Positions 49,682 through 56,058 of a stretch of 64,000 bases of DNA are shown here, one piece after another. The notes under the pieces are model-generated. The model made no database searches. It saw only the letters and a program-made list of their open reading frames with translations, and was not told where the DNA came from. This stretch comes from an uncultured Bacteroidia bacterium. GTDB lineage: Bacteria > Bacteroidota > Bacteroidia > Bacteroidales > F082. Position 1 is the stretch's first letter. Each line of letters begins with the position of its first letter. Location of the stretch: NCBI GenBank assembly GCA_902802535.1, contig CADCML010000007.1, positions 26,937 to 90,936 of the forward strand, written 5' to 3'. Position numbers and translations under genes: made by a program.

Positions 49682-50617
49682 TTATTTGAATAGTGAGCTA
49701 ATGCTCTCGTATGATTCCACGCGGCGGATGACATCGGCAAACAGAGATGCCGTGCTAACCACCTTGATTTTCTTGGAAGCGTTGTCACGAAGCGGAATGG
49801 AATCGGTGACCACCACCTCGCTAAACACCGAATTGTCCAGACGTTCCATCGCAGGACCACTGCACACAGCATGGGTGGCGAAGGCCCGTACGCTTTTGGC
49901 CCCGTTGTCCATCAACAGTTGTCCCGCCTTGACGATGGTGCCGGCCGTATCGATGATGTCGTCAACGATGATGACGTTTTTGTCCTTCACGTCGCCGATG
50001 AGGGTCATGCTGTCGACCACATTGGCACGCGGACGATGTTTGTGGCAGATGGCAAGGTCGCATCCCAAGCGTTTGGCGTATGCCGAAGCACGTTTCGAAG
50101 CGCCCAAATCGGGTGCAGCAATCAACAAGTCTTCGATTTCCATCGTCTTGATATGGTCGATGAAGAGCGTAGAAGCATAAAGGGCATCCACGGGAATGTC
50201 GAAGAAACCTTGGATTTGGTCGGCATGAAGGTCAAGGGTAACGATACGGTTGACGCCGGCAGCAGTAAGCAAGTTGGCCACCAACTTCGAACCGATGCTC
50301 ACGCGGGGCTGGTCCTTGCGGTCTTGGCGTGCCCAACCGAAATAAGGAATCACGGCGATGATTTTATGTGCCGAGGCACGCTTGGCTGCATCAATCATCA
50401 GCAACAACTCCATTAAGTTATCTGTGGAGGGCATGGTGGACTGCACGATAAACACGTGATGACCACGGATGCTTTCCTCATAGGAAGGTTGAAACTCGCC
50501 ATCGGAGAAAACAGAAACCGACGACTTCCCCAACGGAATACCATAGGCTTCAGCGATTTTCGCACCCAATTCCGAGGTGGCTCTTCCGGCAAAAATGGAA
50601 ACAAATTTTCCTGACAT
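49682..50617 (-). CDS. prs: Ribose-phosphate pyrophosphokinase
   Basis: 311 aa. DLHADQIQGFFDIPVD and VIIVDDIIDTAGT. Confidence 0.9.
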   Translation of the reverse strand: MSGKFVSIFAGRATSELGAKIAEAYGIPLGKSSVSVFSDGEFQPSYEESIRGHHVFIVQSTMPSTDNLMELLLMIDAAKRASAHKIIAVIPYFGWARQDRKDQPRVSIGSKLVANLLTAAGVNRIVTLDLHADQIQGFFDIPVDALYASTLFIDHIKTMEIEDLLIAAPDLGASKRASAYAKRLGCDLAICHKHRPRANVVDSMTLIGDVKDKNVIIVDDIIDTAGTIVKAGQLLMDNGAKSVRAFATHAVCSGPAMERLDNSVFSEVVVTDSIPLRDNASKKIKVVSTASLFADVIRRVESYESISSLFK

Positions 50618-50727
50618 TGTATATAATGTTTGACTTTTTCGGGCTGCAAAATTAGAGATTTTCTCGAAGCGAACCTATTAAAAACACATTTTTTTCAAAA
50701 CATGCTTGCTGTGAATGAAAAAATCCG

Positions 50728-50735
50728 TATTTTTG
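50728..50735 (+). promoter_or_regulatory. Candidate -7 box (TATTTTTG) for tRNA-Leu
   Basis: It matches the TAnnTTTG consensus, about 27 nt upstream of the tRNA 5' end. A second box (TAATTTTG on the minus strand, 50647-50654) is placed correctly for prs. Confidence 0.35.
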
Positions 50736-50762
50736 CAGCCGCGTTTGACGCGATAGCCCCAT

Positions 50763-50846
50763 GCCGAAGTGGCGGAATCGGTAGACGCGTCGGTCTCAAA
50801 AACCGATGAGGTTACACTCGTGCCGGTTCGATCCCGGCCTTCGGTA
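50763..50846 (+). tRNA. tRNA-Leu (anticodon CAA), type II with long variable arm
   Basis: GCCGAAGTGGCGGAATCGGTAGACGCGTCGGTCTCAAAAACCGATGAGGTTACACTCGTGCCGGTTCGATCCCGGCCTTCGGTA. The acceptor stem is GCCGAAG/CTTCGGT, the anticodon loop is CTCAAAA, and the T-arm is GGTTCGATCC. No CCA is encoded. Confidence 0.9.
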
Positions 50847-50847
50847 C
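50836..50847 (+). repeat. attL core (GGCCTTCGGTAC)
   Basis: It is identical to 55995-56006 and forms the 3' acceptor strand of tRNA-Leu. Confidence 0.75.
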
Positions 50848-50853
50848 TCCAAA

Positions 50854-50892
50854 CCCCTTATAATTGTTTGATTATGAGGGGTTTTTATTTTT
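50854..50892 (+). terminator. Hairpin plus T-run just inside the element, acting as the tRNA-Leu terminator
   Basis: CCCCTTATAAT-tgtttg-ATTATGAGGGG forms an 11-bp stem with one G-U pair, followed by TTTTTATTTTT. Confidence 0.6.
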
Positions 50893-50896
50893 GCAA

Positions 50897-50919
50897 GGTG
50901 TACTAAAAGTGTACTAATT
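50897..50919 (+). repeat. Tandem GTGTACTAA sites, left end (candidate integrase arm-type sites)
   Basis: GGTGTACTAAAAGTGTACTAATT. The same arrangement occurs at 55858-55881. Confidence 0.6.
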
Positions 50920-51208
50920 GAATATTTTGGTACTTTCAGGGGGTGTTTTGCCCATAAAAAACGGTGTAGGATAACGCCCCACACCGTACCAAAAGAAAAT
51001 TAGTTGCTGTTGAAAACAACCGCTGCAAAGATAGGGAAATTTCCCAACCGTTGAGCAAATGGCGGGATTGGGGCTGCTCATCGTTGAGCGGTCAAGGTTG
51101 CTTTTGTCGGGGGTCTGAAAAGTCCAAAAACTCCAACAGCCCGCCTTTGAGGGTGTGGAATGTTGTAGAGTTTTGGCAAACGCTGTCTGCCGGCCCCCGC
51201 CCTGCTCA

Positions 51209-51535
51209 TCAGTCGTCTTTGTCAATCCATCTTTGCACTGCCTTTGTTTCCATTGTGTCCTGCCAATCTGTGAAAAGGGTCTTTGTCACAATATCGGCTT
51301 TGGAATATGCCGCCCCCTCTACCTCATCGGCTCGCTCAACCTTTGGCAACAGATAGGGCAACAGTTTTTCAATGAAAGCCAACCTGTCTTTTGGCTCTAA
51401 TCGCTTCAAGTCCTTTTCTATCTGCTCCCTGTTGCCGTTTATCAGTTCAACAAGCCAATTCCTTATTGTGGTCGTCACTCTGTTGGGCGTTCCCTTTGGT
51501 CGCCCGTTGGGGTTGTTTGTTTTGCCTTTTTCCAT
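51209..51535 (-). CDS. DUF5681-like small protein
   Basis: MEKGKTNNPNGRPKGTPNRV... from ATG 51535. The track start at 51571 is a TTG. The NPNGRPKG motif is typical of DUF5681, by memory. Confidence 0.55.
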   Translation of the reverse strand: MEKGKTNNPNGRPKGTPNRVTTTIRNWLVELINGNREQIEKDLKRLEPKDRLAFIEKLLPYLLPKVERADEVEGAAYSKADIVTKTLFTDWQDTMETKAVQRWIDKDD

Positions 51536-51578
51536 AGTGTGAAATTCTCTGTTTTTCTCTGTTGTTTTCAAAGGGTCA

Positions 51579-51631
51579 ATTTACCAAAGTTTGGTAAAAC
51601 ATTCCACTTATTATAAGGACTTTTCAATTTT
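51579..51631. repeat. 53-nt direct repeat, copy 1, containing the palindrome TTACCAAAGTTTGGTAA
   Basis: It is identical to 52593-52645 except for the central base of the palindrome. It lies upstream of the DUF5681 gene. Confidence 0.85.
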
Positions 51632-51641
51632 CAGCCCTCGT

Positions 51642-52574
51642 TCATCGTGCATATTGGGCAACATCAGATATTGCCTTTTCAAGTTCCAAAATCATGTCGT
51701 TTTTTGCCTCGTTGGGGGCTTGCATGATCCTGTAAAGTTCAGATTTCAGGCGGCTGTAATATTTGGGGTCTGAAAAGGTGTCCTTTGCTTTCAGGTCTGC
51801 CAAAAACTCATCAATACAACTTTGCCCGCCCCGCTGCAAAAGAATTGCAAAAAGGGCGGTTTGTGCCTCTTTTGGGGTCTTAATATTGTCTGTCATTGTG
51901 CTTATAGTGTTGATTTTCTTAATGGTGTCAAACTCGCTTTTCCATTGCTGAATAATGGAGTAGTAAAAGCCGCTATCTGTCAAGGTCGCCCCTGTTATCG
52001 GGTCGGGGGACTTCAACAGCCGCTGCACATTCTTTGCAAGCCTCATTTCATACCTCATCAGATTGCAACCGTTGAGCGTGGGCGGGATAATTGCCCCCTT
52101 TGCGCTCGCTTCTTTGGTTTTGTCATAGAATATCAGTTGCCTGAAATATTGGCTGTAATATAGTGTGTCGGGGTGTGCTTGCAGCCGCTTGAAATGGGGC
52201 TTGTTGCCCAATCCGCTGTAATAGTCTGTTGGCGGTCGCTTGGTCGGGATAACCGTTGAAACATCAAGGCGGGTAACTTTTGCCGTTGCCATATTCAGGC
52301 GGGTTTCATCGCTCATCCTCTCCAAAGCCTCTTTTGCTGTTTGCCGTGTCAGGGTGTAAACATTTGAGGGCAAATAATACTTTGCCAAACTGCCTTTGAG
52401 GGAAATGCCTGTTTGGAAACAACAAACGCTGTAATCCCCCAATTTGCCGCTGCAACTGTACCCCCTTTTGTCGCTCTGCTGCTCCACTACCTCACAAAGA
52501 TAGGGCAACACGGCAAAGGGGTTTCCCTCTACTGTGTCGCCTCTGTCAATCCAAAAATTCACGGTGTCAAACAT
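51642..52574 (-). CDS. Replication initiation protein, phage/plasmid gene II/X (rolling-circle) family
   Basis: MFDTVNFWIDRGD...ISLKGSLAKYYLPSNVYTL...AKEALERMSDETRLNMATAKVTRLDVST...LYYSQYFRQLIFYDKTKE follows the layout I remember for this family. I trimmed the start to ATG 52574 because the longer start is encoded by the repeat. Confidence 0.6.
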   Translation of the reverse strand: MFDTVNFWIDRGDTVEGNPFAVLPYLCEVVEQQSDKRGYSCSGKLGDYSVCCFQTGISLKGSLAKYYLPSNVYTLTRQTAKEALERMSDETRLNMATAKVTRLDVSTVIPTKRPPTDYYSGLGNKPHFKRLQAHPDTLYYSQYFRQLIFYDKTKEASAKGAIIPPTLNGCNLMRYEMRLAKNVQRLLKSPDPITGATLTDSGFYYSIIQQWKSEFDTIKKINTISTMTDNIKTPKEAQTALFAILLQRGGQSCIDEFLADLKAKDTFSDPKYYSRLKSELYRIMQAPNEAKNDMILELEKAISDVAQYAR

Positions 52575-52592
52575 AGCCTTTGGGGTTTCTCT

Positions 52593-52645
52593 ATTTACCA
52601 AAATTTGGTAAAACATTCCACTTATTATAAGGACTTTTCAATTTT
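52593..52645. repeat. 53-nt direct repeat, copy 2, containing the palindrome TTACCAAAATTTGGTAA
   Basis: See copy 1. It lies upstream of the Rep gene. Confidence 0.85.
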
Positions 52646-52650
52646 TGGGG

Positions 52651-53208
52651 TCAATACTGAAAGAATGTCTTTGCCGTTGCCCTCATCGTTTCCAACCCCT
52701 CATTATAAACCCCGTCTGCAAGTGCTTTGGCGTTGCCCAAAATGGTATTGTAGCCATCGGGAATAATAAGCACCTCAACAGCCTGCCAATCGGGGGCAAT
52801 CAGGAAAAGAAAGCCATCGTTTTTGACCTCTAAAAACGGGTTGGGCTTTTTGTCTTTGCTGTAAGTCTTTGCCCTGTTGGGGTTGCCATATCCCACAAAT
52901 CCGCTTCCATCGCTTTGGATCGAGCCATCGAGCAAATAAACACTACTGAAATTCAGGCTGTCTTTGCCCATCAAAAACCTGTCAGCCCGCCTTTGGTCGG
53001 GGCTGTCTATTATCCCCCTCGTTTCATTCAGATAAAGAATGATTTGCCCCTTTTTGTTTTTCAGGCTCTCCAAAGGCTTGTAATATCCCGCCCATCGTGT
53101 AAGGTCAAAGCGCGGGACTTTTGCACCCAATTTGATTTTGTTTCTACTCTTTACCTCATCGGGCAACTGCTCTAATTTGAGGTAGGCACTGAAAATGTTA
53201 GTTTCCAT
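52651..53208 (-). CDS. Hypothetical protein, 185 aa (element cargo)
   Basis: ATG at 53208, overlapping the Xis-like gene by 11 nt. No family recognised. Confidence 0.55.
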   Translation of the reverse strand: METNIFSAYLKLEQLPDEVKSRNKIKLGAKVPRFDLTRWAGYYKPLESLKNKKGQIILYLNETRGIIDSPDQRRADRFLMGKDSLNFSSVYLLDGSIQSDGSGFVGYGNPNRAKTYSKDKKPNPFLEVKNDGFLFLIAPDWQAVEVLIIPDGYNTILGNAKALADGVYNEGLETMRATAKTFFQY

Positions 53209-53494
53209 GTTGCCCCCCTTTCTTCAAGCAATACTGTTGAGCCTTTTGGCTAATTTCAGCCTCTGTTGAAACTCTGTTGCTTTGCAGCCATTGTTCCAAT
53301 TCCACACGGTTGAAATAGCACATTTTCCCCATAGGCTTGTAATGGGGGATTTTCTGCTGCATTGTCAGTTTGTAAAGGTAGGACTTTGAAACGCCCAAAT
53401 ACCTTGCCGCCTCATCGCTTGTAAGCACCTCTTTTGTGCAATTGATAATGTTTGCCGTTATCAGGTCGGCAACCTGTCTTAATTCCTCGCTCAT
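53198..53494 (-). CDS. Excisionase-family helix-turn-helix DNA-binding protein
   Basis: 98 aa. LTSDEAARYLGVSKSYLYKLTMQQKIPHYKPMGKMCYFNRVELEQWL. Confidence 0.75.
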   Translation of the reverse strand: MSEELRQVADLITANIINCTKEVLTSDEAARYLGVSKSYLYKLTMQQKIPHYKPMGKMCYFNRVELEQWLQSNRVSTEAEISQKAQQYCLKKGGQHGN

Positions 53495-53638
53495 CGTTTT
53501 GTTGTTTGCGGGTTGGGGCTGTCAAGGGGTCGGGGGAAACAGCCGCCCCCATCTTTGCCCGTGTGTTGAGCGGTCAAGGCGTTTCCCGTGCCTTGCCCAC
53601 TGTTTCACGGTGCAAAAATCCCTACTATTGGAAAATAA

Positions 53639-53671
53639 GAATTGTGTGTGAATTGTGTATGAATTGTGTGC
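53639..53671 (+). repeat. Three tandem 11-bp repeats (GAATTGTGTGT / GAATTGTGTAT / GAATTGTGTGC)
   Basis: Read directly from the sequence. They are followed by the partially complementary CACACAACACACA and lie in the spacer upstream of the Xis-like gene. Confidence 0.8.
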
Positions 53672-53684
53672 CACACAACACACA

Positions 53685-53712
53685 TAAAAAAAGCACCCTT
53701 GTAAGGTGCTTT
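53685..53712 (-). terminator. Rho-independent terminator after the 276-aa gene
   Basis: The minus strand reads AAAGCACCttacaaGGGTGCTTT followed by a T-run. Confidence 0.65.
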
Positions 53713-53715
53713 CAT

Positions 53716-54546
53716 TCAGTCATTGAAAAGGCTGTCAATTTCTCCCCGCCATTGTTGGGGCTTTTTCACATTGAATGTTGCTGTATATGCACTATCAAGC
53801 CGCTTTTCATCAAACAGTTTTTCCAAAGCCTTGTAATGTATCATTTTTGAGTCTCTAACATCGGGGCTATATACTTTCATTATGAAATAACACAAAGCCG
53901 CCTTTGCCCCTTTTCTCCCTCCAAAAGTCCATTTGTAGCCGTTCCCCGTCTGTTCCATAAATCCCGCCTGTATAGCCTTTGCAAAGTATTTCTTTGCCCC
54001 GTCTGTCATTATATCGGGTTGAGCGGGGCGGCTCTGCTCATCAATGAGCGGTTGAGCGGGGGCGGGCTGCTCCCGTTTCTTGTCAGCCCATGCCTCTACT
54101 GCTTTGATTATTTCCTCAAATGATGATGTTTTTTCAAAATGTGTTCCTGTTGAATAGTCATGCCTTGTTCTCTCAACGACAAAATCTGCATATTGCCCCC
54201 GTGTTTGGCGTGTGTCGCTGTTTATGCCTTGTAACCAATCATTGGAGCGGGATATTATCAACGCTTCATCAGCGGTGTTTTTTGGCTTGTTTTTTGGCTC
54301 TCCAAAATAATGTTTTATTTCTTCAACAATAACTTTGGCAAGCTGCTTTTCATTGGTTGTATTTATCAGGATAACACCCCCCAATGTGGGAAAAACCTTT
54401 GCTTTGCTGTCTTTCAGTAAAACATTTAATTGTTCCTCTGTCTTTTTATAGTTTGCCGCCATTTTCTTGCAACACAATTCTATTGATAAGCTGCTTATTT
54501 TGGTTTGCTCATCAATACATTTTCTCGGCTCATCGTGTGTTTTCAT
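53716..54546 (-). CDS. Hypothetical protein, 276 aa (element cargo)
   Basis: ATG at 54546, 12 nt after the integrase stop. No family recognised. It has a proline/glutamine-rich linker QPAPAQPLIDEQSRPAQPD. Confidence 0.55.
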   Translation of the reverse strand: MKTHDEPRKCIDEQTKISSLSIELCCKKMAANYKKTEEQLNVLLKDSKAKVFPTLGGVILINTTNEKQLAKVIVEEIKHYFGEPKNKPKNTADEALIISRSNDWLQGINSDTRQTRGQYADFVVERTRHDYSTGTHFEKTSSFEEIIKAVEAWADKKREQPAPAQPLIDEQSRPAQPDIMTDGAKKYFAKAIQAGFMEQTGNGYKWTFGGRKGAKAALCYFIMKVYSPDVRDSKMIHYKALEKLFDEKRLDSAYTATFNVKKPQQWRGEIDSLFND

Positions 54547-54557
54547 ACTTCAAACAA

Positions 54558-55802
54558 TCAAAATTCTGCAATTTCCAAAGTCGGCAAACTGTTGATAGCT
54601 TTCTGCTTCAACTCATCAACAGCGCGGGTGTATTTCTCTGTGTGCTTCAATCCTGAATGTCCCAACAGGCTTGCAACCGTCTTAATGTTTGCTCCATTAT
54701 TCAGGATATTCACGGCAAAAGAATGCCTTGCACAATGCCATGTAATATGCTTTTCAATTCCCGCCCGTTTTACCCATCTTTTCACGGCTTTACTACACAT
54801 TTCATAACTCGGCAATTGAAATATAAGGCTGTCTTTGCCCTGCTCATCGGTTGGCTCTCCAATCAGCCTCAACAATCCATCGTTGAGCGGGATAACAACC
54901 CCGCTATTGGCTGAATGTCCCTTTGTCTTATTCTGCTCAAACTTCAAAAGGCGGTTTGAATAGTCCACATTGGCAAAGGTCAAGTCCTTAACATCGCAAA
55001 ACCTCAACCCACAATAAAGGCTCAAAATGAAAGCCCGCCTAATATTGGGGTTTTCCCCCGTGTAGTGTGTGCCTATCAAAGCCTTTTCCTCATCAAGTGA
55101 AAGCACATCTTTTCTCAAAATTTGGTCGTCTGTTTTGATAGAAACCCCGTTGCAAGGGTTTTTTGTCATATAGTCATGGTCTATTGCATACTTTACAACT
55201 TTCTTGAAGCGTTGGAAAACGCCCTTTGCACCCTCGCCCCTGCTTCTACTTTGCAAGTATTCTGTAAAGGCAATCATCATATCTTTGTCCATCTGTTCAG
55301 GCTTAATGCCTTTTGCAAAACGGGTGTATTCGGGTGTGTCTTTCAGAAAGTCATTGAAACGCCTGAAAGCCATTTGCAGCATTCTAACATCTTTCTTTGT
55401 GTAGGTGTCAATGTAGGACTGAAAGAATTGCAAAAAGTCAATTTGGCGGTCTTTCTTCAACCTGAAACCCTCTTTCTTTTCCAACAATTCCTGCTCTTTC
55501 TCAAAGCGTATTTTCTTTGCCAATTGCAAGGTTTCTTTGTTTTGGTTTCTGTCAAAGGGGGTCTTTGGGTTGGAAATCAAAAACAGGTTCAGGCTTTCTT
55601 TGCTTCTAATATGCTTTACCCTGTATTTGGGCGTTCCCGCCATCTTTCCGCTTTGATACAAAACAGGCTCGCCCATCTCATCCAAAACAGGCTCGCTTTG
55701 TCTGCCTAAATAGTACTCCAAATAAAGGCTAATTCTGCCATCTGCCAACTCCCGCTGCTCCAAACGCGGGTTGTCTTTGGTTTTGTTTTCAACTTTTGCC
55801 AT
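54558..55802 (-). CDS. Tyrosine-type site-specific integrase (Bacteroidales type)
   Basis: MAKVENKTKDNPRLEQRELADGRISLYLEYY from ATG 55802. The C-terminal catalytic region is HCARHSFAVNIL...LLGHSGLKHTEKY (R..HxxR..H..Y). Confidence 0.85.
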   Translation of the reverse strand: MAKVENKTKDNPRLEQRELADGRISLYLEYYLGRQSEPVLDEMGEPVLYQSGKMAGTPKYRVKHIRSKESLNLFLISNPKTPFDRNQNKETLQLAKKIRFEKEQELLEKKEGFRLKKDRQIDFLQFFQSYIDTYTKKDVRMLQMAFRRFNDFLKDTPEYTRFAKGIKPEQMDKDMMIAFTEYLQSRSRGEGAKGVFQRFKKVVKYAIDHDYMTKNPCNGVSIKTDDQILRKDVLSLDEEKALIGTHYTGENPNIRRAFILSLYCGLRFCDVKDLTFANVDYSNRLLKFEQNKTKGHSANSGVVIPLNDGLLRLIGEPTDEQGKDSLIFQLPSYEMCSKAVKRWVKRAGIEKHITWHCARHSFAVNILNNGANIKTVASLLGHSGLKHTEKYTRAVDELKQKAINSLPTLEIAEF

Positions 55803-55857
55803 GATACAACTAATTTTCTTTCTTTTGGTGTCACAAAAGTACACTTTTTTTTCATAA

Positions 55858-55881
55858 GGTGTACTAAAAGGTGTACTAATT
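55858..55881 (+). repeat. Tandem GTGTACTAA sites, right end, flanked by inverted AAAAGTACACTTTTTT copies
   Basis: GGTGTACTAAAAGGTGTACTAATT. GTACAC copies in the opposite orientation lie at about 55839 and 55892. Confidence 0.6.
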
Positions 55882-55994
55882 TTCAAAAAAAAGTACACTT
55901 TTTTGAAAACAAGGGAAAACAACAAAAAAGAAAAGCACTCAAAATCAATGCTTTTCTGTTCCTTTGGTTTCTTATTTTTTCACGGTTTTGTCTT

Positions 55995-56006
55995 GGCCTT
56001 CGGTAC
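55995..56006 (+). repeat. attR core (GGCCTTCGGTAC)
   Basis: It is identical to 50836-50847. The 14 nt to its left still resemble the tRNA T-arm (6 of 14 matches). Confidence 0.75.
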
Positions 56007-56014
56007 AACGAAAA

Positions 56015-56037
56015 ACAGCCCCGAGTTTCGAGGCTGT
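56015..56037. terminator. Bidirectional hairpin terminator (glmS, and the pre-insertion tRNA-Leu)
   Basis: ACAGCCccgagtttcgaGGCTGT is flanked by an A-run on the left and a T-run on the right. Confidence 0.6.
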
Positions 56038-56058
56038 TTTTCTTTTGGTTTTCTTGAT

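Larger units (their letters stand above)
50836..56006. mobile_element. ~5.2 kb integrative element inserted at the 3' end of tRNA-Leu (integrase, Xis-like HTH, RCR Rep, DUF5681, two unknowns)
   Basis: A 12-bp direct repeat GGCCTTCGGTAC occurs at 50836-50847 (the tRNA 3' end) and at 55995-56006. The integrase gene is adjacent to the right repeat. All six genes are on the minus strand, and paired GTGTACTAA sites occur near both ends. Confidence 0.8.

Noticed and set aside
53639-53671. Tandem repeats as a mini CRISPR array
   Set aside because: The units are 11 bp and directly abutting, with no spacers. No cas genes are present. They look like iterons or operators instead.
55803-55925. N-terminal 41-residue extension of the integrase ORF in the track
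   Set aside because: It is low-complexity (MLFSLVFKKVYFFLKISTPF...) and is encoded by the GTGTACTAA/GTACAC repeat array. The ATG at 55802 gives the canonical MAKVENKT... start.
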